Both the position numbers and the translations under genes were made by a program. Positions 24,656 to 35,300 of a DNA stretch of 64,000 nucleotides are shown piece after piece. Below the pieces are notes generated by a model. It saw only the letters and a list, made by a program, of their open reading frames with translations, did not search any database and was not told the origin of the DNA. Where the stretch lies: NCBI GenBank assembly GCA_937625935.1, contig OW569346.1, forward strand, positions 62,001 through 126,000, read 5' to 3'. Position 1 is the first letter of the stretch. Every line of letters starts with the position of its first letter. This DNA comes from Tetramitus jugosus. Taxonomy: Eukaryota > Protista > Heterolobosea.

Positions 24656-26326
24656 TTAAAAGTCCCACCCGGATCCCTTCTTCACATCGAGGTACACTCT
24701 TCCTTCCTTCTTGGAGTCAAGTACACGCACTTTTTCTACAAAGGATAACACAATGTCTCCTATGCTGGTATTGTTCAGCTCGTGAGGGATGACTGTGTGA
24801 TCCTTCAGAACAGCGTATCCATCACCACCACCGAGCAAGTAACCTGGTGCTGCGATCGTGTATTCTGCCTTCATGTCCAATGGGACACCATTCAACTCGA
24901 ACAGTTCAATGCGCTGTCCAGCTGGTCTATTGACAGAGTATACCACATGACAACCAGAGCTCAAATGAGGGAATGATCCGAGCTTTTGTTCTGCACGGGC
25001 CAATCCGAACTCAATTGTGTCGAACAATACCTGACCAGTCACACGGGCCAGGGTGACACCGTTCGGGAATGGGAATTCCTTTCGAATATCAGCCTTCTTC
25101 ATTCTGTAACCGGCGTCGTACCGCGAATCTCCACGGATACCACCGCCGTTCACGAAAGCAACTTGAACCAGATTCTCTCCAAATGACTTTCGGAGAGCAT
25201 CGGCCGTAAAATTAGCAAATGTGGTTTCCTTGGAACGAACAGCCTCAGTTGCACTGTTCAATGGGCTCAAAACCAGACCAATCTCATCTCCATTGTCACT
25301 TGGCAGTTCTGCCAAGTAACGATCAATCACTTGTTTCACGACGGGATCAGGAAAAACATGACGATTGAGCACCATTTCCCATTCAGGGAACACGTGCACC
25401 TTTTCGATTCTCTTGGCTTCTGTATCTTCACTACCCATGCTCACAACTGTCACCTTCTTCTCTATTCTGAGGCGGATTCGAGCCAGGTATCTCGCATCCA
25501 TTCCTGCCTTATGAATAAAGCTGCCACCTTGATACTGTGTGTGAGGGTCATGGTCATGACCACCGAGCAGCACATCAATGCCATGAACTCTTCTGGCGAG
25601 TTCTCTGTCCTCTGCAACACTCAAATGAGTCAATGCAATGACTACATCGCACTTGTCTTGTTGTCTGAGCTCTCTGACGAGTTGCTTCGACGTAGACAGA
25701 ACACTAAGGAATTGAACAGAAGGACCAGGAGCACTCAAATGTTTCGTGTCTCTTGTACAGACACCAAATAGACCAATCTTGAAACCTTCTACTTCTAGAA
25801 CCTTCTTGTACACGCAACCATCGAGCAATAGGGACTGCTCAGGAACAACAACAGCTTGTTCAGAGCTACCATCACCTGCTTGTTGACTTTGCTTTTGAAC
25901 CGCATCTGTGTTCACAATATTCGCGCACAACCACGTGCACTTGCTCTCCTGAATTCGCTGTCGTAAAATATTGGCGCCAAAATCAAATTCATGATTTCCT
26001 GGCACGACATAATCGATGGGCAAATGATTCATAATGTCAATCATGTGCGCCCCCTTGTGCTTCACAGCAAGTGCGCTCGCGCTCAAAAAATCTCCGTTGA
26101 GCGTTACGATTGGCCTGTGGTTGCACTTTGCAATTTCACTCTTGAGTAGCGTGCTCAGCTCGGCCAAACCACCCAAGCCATCATAATTGGGAATCATTTC
26201 ATAGACGTCATTGACCATGAGAATCGTAAAATCGGTATGAGACTCTGTGACTGTTTCTGGGAAGATGACTGACCTTGGTTTGTTCCAGAATGATCCACCA
26301 CTGGTGTTGCTCTCGTTTGTTGTCAT
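24656..26326 (-). CDS. 5'-nucleotidase / calcineurin-like metallophosphoesterase with 5'-NT C-terminal domain; no signal peptide
   Basis: Motifs NDVYE, GDFLS, GNHEFD, LTH, GGHDH, NGGGIRG and GGDGY. Confidence 0.9.
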   Translation of the reverse strand: MTTNESNTSGGSFWNKPRSVIFPETVTESHTDFTILMVNDVYEMIPNYDGLGGLAELSTLLKSEIAKCNHRPIVTLNGDFLSASALAVKHKGAHMIDIMNHLPIDYVVPGNHEFDFGANILRQRIQESKCTWLCANIVNTDAVQKQSQQAGDGSSEQAVVVPEQSLLLDGCVYKKVLEVEGFKIGLFGVCTRDTKHLSAPGPSVQFLSVLSTSKQLVRELRQQDKCDVVIALTHLSVAEDRELARRVHGIDVLLGGHDHDPHTQYQGGSFIHKAGMDARYLARIRLRIEKKVTVVSMGSEDTEAKRIEKVHVFPEWEMVLNRHVFPDPVVKQVIDRYLAELPSDNGDEIGLVLSPLNSATEAVRSKETTFANFTADALRKSFGENLVQVAFVNGGGIRGDSRYDAGYRMKKADIRKEFPFPNGVTLARVTGQVLFDTIEFGLARAEQKLGSFPHLSSGCHVVYSVNRPAGQRIELFELNGVPLDMKAEYTIAAPGYLLGGGDGYAVLKDHTVIPHELNNTSIGDIVLSFVEKVRVLDSKKEGRVYLDVKKGSGWDF

Positions 26327-26486
26327 GGAAATTTCAGATATCTTGGTACAATCTAGTCAAATTCCACAAAAAAAATTTGTTTGTTTCTTGTTTGTTTGAT
26401 GTTGGAGAACTAGTTAACACAGGGGTTTTCTGAACAGAAACAGTTTGAGAGGAGAATCTGTCACCACGACAACATTAACCGGATTT

Positions 26487-27932
26487 TTATTGGAATGAAC
26501 GCAACAAGTCCGCCATGACAGCGTCCATTATGATTGGATGGAGTTGAGCGGAGATACATGGATATACACTCGACAAGGACAACATTAGTTGTGAGTTGAT
26601 ACTGAGTGCGTGACATGAAAGAGTGTTGCCCAGTCTCCACTGAAGAGTTGTGACAAACAACTCTTTCAGTTTCAAGTGTTCCTTTGACGAGAATGATCCA
26701 TCGACGACTCCTCTGTTGGATACGTTGAAGTGATCCAGCCTTCCACCATTTGTTTGGTCACAATAATCCATGTAGTTGGTCACATTGTCGAGCCAATTGG
26801 GTGCAGCACAGGAGTCAAACTCACCTTGATTGACGTAATCATGTATCTGTCTTTGAATTGATCGTGCCAATGTCCAAAAGTGATCATTATCGAGTGGTGT
26901 GCTCATTTCTTCCTTGATACTTGTTTTTGCAGCTAATCCAGTATAATAAAGCCCTAATTGATTCATAGGTATTGAGCACTGGTTTCTTAGCGAGACACTA
27001 ACATAGGTAGAGAAATAGGTATTTGCGGGATCATTCATGTTGTTCAGATCAAACAGGTGATGAAATCCTGAACGTATTACGGCAGCACAAATTGCTCCAT
27101 TCACTGTCGTGTTGTTCCTTCTGCATGCTGATAATAACTGGGCAGAGTCACTCTCAGATAATGTTCTGAATGCTAAAATCGCTTGTCTGTCATCTAATGG
27201 AGGAATTGAACCACAATGATTCGGATGTGGGACAGGAGTACCACATACTGTGGGTTTGTTCTCTGTATCCTCGTCATTTCTCTTTTCTTTCTTCTCAATA
27301 TTCGACAAAACAAACTCCAGAGGTGCAGAAACTGGTTCACTCGGTTTGGACATGGTCGATCCACTACCAATATATGATTCCATTTGCTCCATCAAATCAT
27401 TCAAAAGCACCATTAGTCCATGCCCATCACAGATACCATGACTTGCAGTCATGATGATCTCAAAATCAGAGCAATCACTGCCCTCCTCATTTGAGGAGTC
27501 ATAGATAAGAACCACTCTCCAGAGTAAACTCTCCTCATCCTTGTTTTCTCTTGTAATGAGTTTTCTTCCCTGCATGACCATGCTCTGAGTATATTGTTGC
27601 CAATAATCTGCGGTCTTGTCTCTCAGGTCGACACAAGACACACAACCACTCTCATGCATCATGGTCATAGCTTTGTTCAGTTCCCATTCTTGAAAGTAAT
27701 ATTGCAATTTTCCTTTTTCCTTAATACTGCAACGAAGTACTTGATAATTTTGAAGGAGTTGACCACATGACTCGAAAAATGCAGATTTCAACAAACTCGT
27801 TGAAACTGATTTGGTTGTTTGGCAACACGCAATTTGCACAGGAAGAAAAGAATCTTTCTCAACATTGGTCCAATGAAACAACGACTCGAAAGCAGACAAA
27901 TCTCTCACAAAAACAGGTGATTGTTCCATCAT
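26487..27932 (-). CDS. CoA-dependent acyltransferase (alcohol acetyltransferase/condensation-domain type)
   Basis: HxxxDG catalytic motif SHGICDG; CRRNNTTVNGAI; VSNRG; N-terminal RDLSAFE. Confidence 0.8.
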   Translation of the reverse strand: MMEQSPVFVRDLSAFESLFHWTNVEKDSFLPVQIACCQTTKSVSTSLLKSAFFESCGQLLQNYQVLRCSIKEKGKLQYYFQEWELNKAMTMMHESGCVSCVDLRDKTADYWQQYTQSMVMQGRKLITRENKDEESLLWRVVLIYDSSNEEGSDCSDFEIIMTASHGICDGHGLMVLLNDLMEQMESYIGSGSTMSKPSEPVSAPLEFVLSNIEKKEKRNDEDTENKPTVCGTPVPHPNHCGSIPPLDDRQAILAFRTLSESDSAQLLSACRRNNTTVNGAICAAVIRSGFHHLFDLNNMNDPANTYFSTYVSVSLRNQCSIPMNQLGLYYTGLAAKTSIKEEMSTPLDNDHFWTLARSIQRQIHDYVNQGEFDSCAAPNWLDNVTNYMDYCDQTNGGRLDHFNVSNRGVVDGSFSSKEHLKLKELFVTTLQWRLGNTLSCHALSINSQLMLSLSSVYPCISAQLHPIIMDAVMADLLRSFQ

Positions 27933-28277
27933 CACGATCGGTGTCACACCTGTCTCTCAACTGTTTTGTTGGTTCGAGAATTTTTGGTATGAGGTCGGAT
28001 AAATTACCAGGAATTTTGATACTTGACACCCTGTCACCCTTCCGCCGAGATACCCGTTCAGCTTTCCCCGCGTTACAAACTCGTTTGGGCACACCAATCC
28101 AGTGGCATATGTACTCAAAGCACAGACTATGAGACTAGAGTAAATTGTTCTCTTCGCTATTTTTGTAAGTTATCCGCCTTCCAAACACGAAAATCATCCA
28201 TAAACAACGATACAAATGAAGATGATGCAAGACTCATAATAACAGCAACAACAACAAAACAACACACAAACGAAGCA

Positions 28278-29210
28278 ATGACAGCATCAAACAGCACTAC
28301 GACATTTGCACACACTTCCAACTTGAATGGTGATCATAGGAGCAAGGGTGTGGGAGGTCGTGTCTCCTCTACATCACAGAAGATTGTGTGTCGTACTACA
28401 ACGAAGATTCTTGAAGAGAAGCTATCAATTGCAAATAAGAAGATTCAGTTATTGAACCAAAGTGTCACCAAACTCCAACTGGAACTAGTTCACTACAAAC
28501 AATATTTCGCTTCCATGTACCTGAACAATTCTATGAACCATAATACAGCATCAAGTGCAGTTCCAATTTCTATTGTTGCACCTGTTAATATGGCATCTGT
28601 TGAGCAGAAGATTGATAATTACATTGAGCAATCTGATGATTCTGATCCAAGCATTGCATATTTTGAAGTGTCATGTGCTTTGAAAGTATTGAAGAGCAGA
28701 GTGAAGCAAGCACGTACCCAGTCTATTAGTTTTCAACCAGAGAACACTGCATGTAATATTACTCGTGGTGAGTTTGAGAAATTGTATGATTGTCACAGAA
28801 TCCAAGAATTTCTAGGTTCAGCAACCAAGATCCTTAATAATAGATTGCAACCTGGCTTTGCGAAGAATGGAACCAATCTACATCTAGGTCAATGTCCATT
28901 TTATCTGTTCAATTATTTTATGTCTCTACAGAGCAATTGTAAGCATACAACCAAAGTTTTCCACCCAATCAGAGATGGAGTGAGAGTGAATGTCACAAAG
29001 CATTATTATAGATTCAATAATACTCTTCCTGATTTTGGATCCAGATGGCACATTCGTGATCATGGAAATGTTGTTGACTGGAGTGCAGAAATGAGATCCA
29101 TGTACCAATCCATTGTATTAATTATTAATGAAGAAGATGATAGAGTTACATGCAAGTACTCTCAAGTGTCACAATTCAAATTTTGTGATCGTTGGATAGA
29201 TACTGCATAA
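28278..29210 (+). CDS. Unknown 310-aa protein (N-terminal coiled coil), convergent partner of the RAG1-like transposase
   Basis: Intact ORF from ATG 28278; its stop lies 54 nt from the transposase stop; no kelch or PHD motifs recognisable. Confidence 0.7.
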   Translation: MTASNSTTTFAHTSNLNGDHRSKGVGGRVSSTSQKIVCRTTTKILEEKLSIANKKIQLLNQSVTKLQLELVHYKQYFASMYLNNSMNHNTASSAVPISIVAPVNMASVEQKIDNYIEQSDDSDPSIAYFEVSCALKVLKSRVKQARTQSISFQPENTACNITRGEFEKLYDCHRIQEFLGSATKILNNRLQPGFAKNGTNLHLGQCPFYLFNYFMSLQSNCKHTTKVFHPIRDGVRVNVTKHYYRFNNTLPDFGSRWHIRDHGNVVDWSAEMRSMYQSIVLIINEEDDRVTCKYSQVSQFKFCDRWIDTA

Positions 29211-29264
29211 TATGGACTAATTGTAAACAATTCATTTTTCAACTTCTGCAATGTAATTATATAC

Positions 29265-32030
29265 TCATACACTTCGAGCATTATTGATGTTGCCAATAAG
29301 CGTCTGTAGGAAAGAATCATTAGCTCCACTATACGCACGTGTGTTTCTCATCAAATCTGGATCAATTCTCTGCCTCTTATTAGAGTTATTGTCAGTTGTC
29401 ACATACAATGGATACTGTGGCTGGAACTGTTGTTGCTCTTGCACAACTGGTGCAAGTTGTGGCTGGAACTGCTGTGTTGAGTACTGTTGAGATCCGTATT
29501 GTATCAATGGATACTGCTGCTGGAATTGTGGTGGCATCTGTGGAACAAATGGATTATTCATTTCTGGAATAGGGCCATTCTGTTGAGACGAATCAATGCT
29601 GGTACTGTTTCCAATTGGTACATATGCCTTCTCTGTTGATTGTGGTAGTTCAGATACATATTGTTGCATATATCCCTCTATATCATCACCCATCTGGAGC
29701 AAATCCAGTAGTACAATCAATTTCCAGTTCTCCAATTTGTTCAATAGGAGCTTTCGTGGATCATTCTTCTTCTTTTTGCTGTTAGTTTCATCTGTTTCAT
29801 CAACGAATTCGTCATCGCTGTTACCATTATCATCTATAGGCTCCATATATTCAGAGTGTTTGCCCAGCCACTTTATATGTTCATGCTGTGCTGGTAGATA
29901 TATCTTTCTGAGGCCTTGATAGAATGTTTGCTCAAACTGAGTCTTTCTAGCAACGCCACTCTTTGCAGCTTTACCACCTGCACTTGTAGCTCGTGTCTTG
30001 GCTTTCATGTGCATAGAGTGGACATTCTCTGTTCCTTCATTCGAATATCTGCACAAAGATCCATGCTGCACCAGCAATTCCGGCAAATGTTTGATCATAA
30101 TATGAAAGTAATAGGCAAATTTGCTCGCTGGATATCTGAATCTGAGGAGACTTCCGAGTGTTTTGAGCAGTTGCTGCAGAAGCTCCATGTCTAACTCTTC
30201 AATCTCTTTGCTAGATGCCTCTACATATCTGTACATAACATATCGATGAATTTTCCAGATTGTAAGCTCCGCTGGATCTGCAATACCATCCAGCACACTC
30301 TCAAAGTTATGAAGAATCTCATTCACTTGACTGCCATTCAGATATGGTAACTTGATGTTGCTCTGATCGAAGTCATCATCATCTGGATCATTCTCTCGAG
30401 CACGAAAATCAAACTGCGAACATCCATTTAACTTTCTGATGTTCTCTTTCAGCTGCTCATGCAATGGTTGCTCCTCACGAGATCTCAACAGAATTTGTGA
30501 CAGAAGATTGCATACAGTTCTCATCTTCAAATGTAGAATACAGATCATAATAACGACATCCATTTTGTATTTCATATTCAACATTCTAGCTGCGTGATCC
30601 TTTTGAAATAAATGTCTTTCAGCTTTCTTGCACATGCAAAATGGACAGAACAGACCATTCTTGAACACATCAGATATAAGAGATAGAGCCTTCAGATCAT
30701 TAACTAAAAATAACTTTAACTTGAATTCAACTTGATCTTGAGTGAATCCATTTTCTATCCACTTCTGAATTTGTTCGAATATAGGCTTGAACCTGGTGTC
30801 CACATCCTTCTCAGTTTCTGATCCAACATACGAGGCGCAGCAAATACACGAGTCTCTTGATTGAGTTGCAAAAGTAGAGAGGTTCAATGGCGTGAAAGTC
30901 ATTGTCGTATATGCGTTTGCTCCACCATCAAATGACAGCTTTCCTTCAATAGACACTTCTCTTGGACCATCTGGAGTATACATAGAATCTCTGTGACAAC
31001 AACAAATAGCAGAATGAATGTGATGTCTCTGGTGCTTGTTTGAACTGGTACAACAATTATCAGAATGAGTGTGACGCACCTGCTGCAGTTCTTTCAATGC
31101 TCTTTTATGAATTTTGTGCATATCAGCTATTGCTTTGTCTAGTTCAATCTGTAGTCCATCCATAATTTTTGTGACACTATACTTTTCCTCTATTTCATTA
31201 TTCACATTAATTCTCGTTCGCTTGAGCGTTGACTCATGAGGTATATCATTCAAATTAGTATAACCTCGAACACCCTGCAGTAAACCATCGCTGATCATAT
31301 AATGGTCTTTCATATACAAAATTGAAAACTTATCTGTTCTTAGTGGATTTGCTTCTTTCAAAATCTGGTTGATAGTTGAATACCTATTGGATCGTTTGGA
31401 CACCTTTCCAGTTTGATCTCTGATGAAACTATCGATGATCTTATAGAAAATTTCTGGATGATATTGAAAATATAGTTCAAGAATGGCTTCCAATTATTGG
31501 CCATTCGACTCTAAAAGTTCAACGACACCGCACATCAAACGAGTAACTGTTTGTTTTTTATGACCTGCATCATCCATTTCTTTAACTAATTTGTAAGGTC
31601 TTCTGCCGCTCGTTGGTGATACAGTATGATTGTTACATTTGGCACAGTTTAAATTGAATAACTTCTTCATGTCTACATGACCAAGTGGAATAGCAGATCC
31701 AGTTGCTTCTGAATTGTTTGAATTCACTAAATTATCTTCATTTAACTTTTCGGTCATAATTGAAACAAGATAGCTTATATATGAATCACGAACTGAGCAC
31801 AATTCACTCTGCAAGAATTGATGTAACCATTTTTTATCCACGTATTTATGATTGCCAATCATCATACCAACTGGTTTATATGCTGCACTTTGTTGTGGTT
31901 TGAAATTCTTCGGCTTCTTGTCACTTCTAGTGCAGTAGTTCTTAATGAGACTTGTCAGATTGAAGTAATGAATGTCATTCACTCTTGTGAATACCAATAT
32001 ACTTGGATCAAAATTGACTTGTGCATTCAT
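29265..32030 (-). pseudogene. RAG1/Transib(-Chapaev)-clade DDE transposase of about 920 codons, with one in-frame TAA at 31494-31496
   Basis: NBD-like SGRRPYKLV; SFDGG (D1); VNDLK (D2); CPFC; ICILHLKMR. YYFHIMIKHLPELLVQHGSLCRYSNEGTE parallels RAG1 [29 protein letters not shown]. ORFs 31494-32030 and 29265-31493 are in the same frame and abut. Confidence 0.82.
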
Positions 32031-32265
32031 TTGTTCGTGTGTTGCTTGTTATTCGTGTTGTTGAAGTTCCACTTTTTTGTTGACACCAGTTCTTCTATCA
32101 ATCATAAACAATCGCACTCAAACAATGACTAGTCATCAAATTCAAATCATAATAACCAAAGATTCGTATTGGAAGGCTTTATTTGGACATATTTTAGCCA
32201 TTACATCGTTGCATGACCAAAAACGAATTGTTGATGATATCACAGCTTAGAATGGGGGGAAGTGG

Positions 32266-32296
32266 AACATACCCCACAAACCAAGCATTGAACTGT
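32266..32296 (-). repeat. 31-bp dispersed repeat, copy 1 (candidate TIR)
   Basis: Reverse complement ACAGTTCAATGCTTGGTTTGTGGGGTATGTT matches 53173-53203 at 30/31 positions. Confidence 0.85.
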
Positions 32297-32384
32297 ATTG
32301 ATGTCGACACCTTCACACCCAACCGAAACATTTGCAACACAAAACACCAAACCTCCACAACATTGAACGGTGAAATTGAAAAGT

Positions 32385-35300
32385 ATGCAACACAAGATCT
32401 TCTTCATCTTCCTCGTATTTGCCATTTTAGGTTCTTTCATTTGTTTCAACAACCAGAAGGGTGTTGTTGCTGCCAGATCGACACCAAAGGGCAAGTACCT
32501 TTATGGCATGGGAGAAAATGTAAATGGAGTCTTAGGTACAGGCCAACCAATAAGTACCATGTACTCTTCTCCTCTACCAGTACTCTTCTCCGGTTCAGCC
32601 AAAGTAACCATCCAAAGAATTTCTCCAGGTTTCCAACATGCTTCAGCCATTGTCAACAACAAGTTGTACACTTGGGGAAACAATTTACAAGGTCAATTGG
32701 GTGACAATACCACAGTTTATCAAACTGTTCCCATGCATGTCAATAAAGGTGATTTGAGGGACAAGGTGCTAGTGGACACTGCTGCGTGCTATGATTCAAC
32801 AATGGCACTCGATTCTGAAGGTAATGTGTACACATGGGGAGGAACTAACGCGTATGGAAAGTTGGGAACGGGAGATACTTTGCCTGTTGTGATACCGAAA
32901 CAAATCAACTTGACTGGAATGAGTCGTCTGGGATGTTCGAACGAATTTGCAGGAGCTTGGAATCAGAGTGATTTGTTTGTCTGGGGAAGAAATGATAGTA
33001 TGTAACTGTTGTTGATATTCACTGAGGTGTTTTTGTTGTCTCTCATACTAACATGTGTTACTAGATGGACAGTTGGGTCAAAGTTGGAAAACTCTTGCTT
33101 CTTCTCTCATTCCCCTCAGAGTTGCATTACCAAGCATGGCCATTGTAGATGTTCAGTTTGGAGCGCATTGGATATGTGTGTTGAACACTGTCGGCAGCGT
33201 ATACTGCTTTGGTTCTCAGACTGGTACGGGTAACACTTCAATCGATGCTCCAGGACAGATTTTGAAGATGGAACAGCTGGAAGCATACAATATCACACAA
33301 GTATTGAGTGTATCGAGCACATTGTATGCCGTTTCGGATCAAAAACGATACTTTACTTGGGGGGAAAACTCCAATTTGCAATATGGTGTGCCTGGATCTA
33401 ATTCTCTCCAACCAACAGAAGTACTGACACTCAATGTTACTTTGGGAGATAGGCTTCATTCAGGCCCGTTTGCAGAGAGTACCTATGTCATTTCTAGCGA
33501 CAATCGTTTGTATGGATGGGGAAAGAGTTTACAGATGCAGTTGGGTCAAAATGCATCCTTAATCAGATCTTTACCTGTGGAAGTATTTCAAATTGACTTA
33601 ACAAAACAGAGGTTTGCAGCAGTTTATCCAGGATATGCGTACTCTTTGTTTGAAATTGAGGATATTGAGTGCTTTGGTTTTGTCAAGAATGACATAGGAG
33701 TGTGTTCTGGTCATGGTGCTTGTATTGGCGAAGACACGTGTAATTGCACAAATCAAGGTTACACTGGTCCAACTTGTAACCTTCCCATTTGTTTTGGATT
33801 TTCGAATCAGAGGGCTTGTAGTGGCGTCGGTAATTGTACTTCTCCTGATCACTGTGAGTGTTCGTATGGATACGGGAGTTTGGATTGCTCCTTGGCAGAC
33901 TGTCCTGAGGCCAATCTTTGTCTGTCATCATCATCGTGCTTAGGTAATTGTTTACGAATTAACAATGTGACGATAAATGATTTTGGATCAGTGTTCACGA
34001 TGAATAGAATGAAGGGAATCGAATTTAGGCCTAGGATGTCCTCTTCAGATGTTTCACCAACATTGATCTACTCATGGACATACAAGATACTATCTGGTAG
34101 TAGCTCTGTGAATATGAAGATCACACACAATGGTGATTCCATTCGACTGATACCTTGGAACTCGCTCGGTATTTCTTCCAATACCTCCTTGTTAATTACA
34201 TTGGATATTGCTGGTATTAGTTCTTCGAACAGTGTATCCTTCACTGTTGTAACAAGAGAAAATCAGAAGATTGAACCATTTGGCGCACCACTCTTGGTTT
34301 CTCCAAACGAAGGGAGAGAGTTGTTTGATTCATTCACTTTGAAACCAATGAATTGGCCGAACAGTGGAGATTTAGTGTTCTCACTATCCTATTATGATTC
34401 CAGATATGGTAGATACATTAAGATAAGTGATAGATTATCTGACTCGAATTCTGTCGTTTCAACACTTCCCAGAGGAAGATCTAAAGACAATATGCTTCCT
34501 ATTCGATTAGATATATTGAATGCAGAGAATGGTGATGTGGGGTTATATGAGACTGAAGTGAAGGTCATACCTAGTACAGATGCTGACGTTCCTCTTGATG
34601 AACAAACCAATAGAATTATCGAGGATGACATCTACTCTAATGTTGTTGTATTTGTGGCTCGATTACTGGACTCCTCGTTCTCTATTGACTTGAGAGATCG
34701 AGCATTTGAAGATATCTTGAACTATACATGGACCAAGAGTTTCATACAGTTGGGTAATGATACTGTACTTCCAGAACACCAATTGACAGTAGTTAACTAT
34801 ATTACAAGAAATTCAACATTGAGTTCCACAACCGGTAAGACTGCAGCTATAGGAAGTTTACAAAATATTCTCCTTCAAATTTCACAGAATGATCAACTGG
34901 ACCCACTAGTGAATACGGATAATAATGAAGTCATAGCAAATACAGTGTCTAACATCCTAGCTGAAGGAATATCTGAAAAGTCTCTCAGTAGTATGCTCCT
35001 AGATGTGACCTCAGACTTTTCCCAATTGTTAGGTCGAAGAAAAATTCTTTCAGAACCTGCAACTGTGATTATAGCTCCCAACTTTGAGCTAAATGTCAGA
35101 ACAGAAGTTGTAGAACAATTGTCTCAAGAAAAGATTTCTACTCAGATGAATGGTACCAACGGTTTCTCTATCTCGAGAAACTTTGGTTCTGAGGTTGGGT
35201 ATACCTCAGTTGCGTACAGTCTTGCTGTGTTTAGGCAAAATCCGTATGGAATCGATCCAGTGGGGTCTTCATCAAGTTCAAACCTGCCTGTTGTTGACAT

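Larger units (their letters stand above)
28176..32296. mobile_element. Putative two-gene RAG1/Transib-like DNA transposon (ends approximate)
   Basis: RAG1-like transposase plus a convergent ORF, lying between the 5' ends of two divergent host genes; a 31-bp dispersed repeat sits at the right edge. No matched TIR pair or TSD was found. Confidence 0.65.

Noticed and set aside
24901-24912. 12-nt match (ACAGTTCAATGC) to the 31-bp repeat
   Set aside because: It lies within the intact 5'-nucleotidase CDS and does not extend; probably chance.
31494-31496. Alternative genetic code (TAA = Gln) explaining the in-frame stop
   Set aside because: Host genes such as PRP16, CCT7 and OPLAH end at TAA, and their long ORFs contain no internal TAA.
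28121-32284. RSS-like ends: CACAGAC at 28121 and CACAGCT-28 nt-ACAAACCAA at 32241
   Set aside because: Both are on the same strand, so they cannot form an inverted pair. No 5-bp TSD was found, and the heptamer is not conserved beside the second 31-bp repeat copy.
32385-33660. RCC1 beta-propeller next to the RAG1-like gene as a RAG2 analogue
   Set aside because: It is RCC1-type rather than kelch, has a signal peptide, is part of a 7TM receptor, and is divergent rather than convergent.
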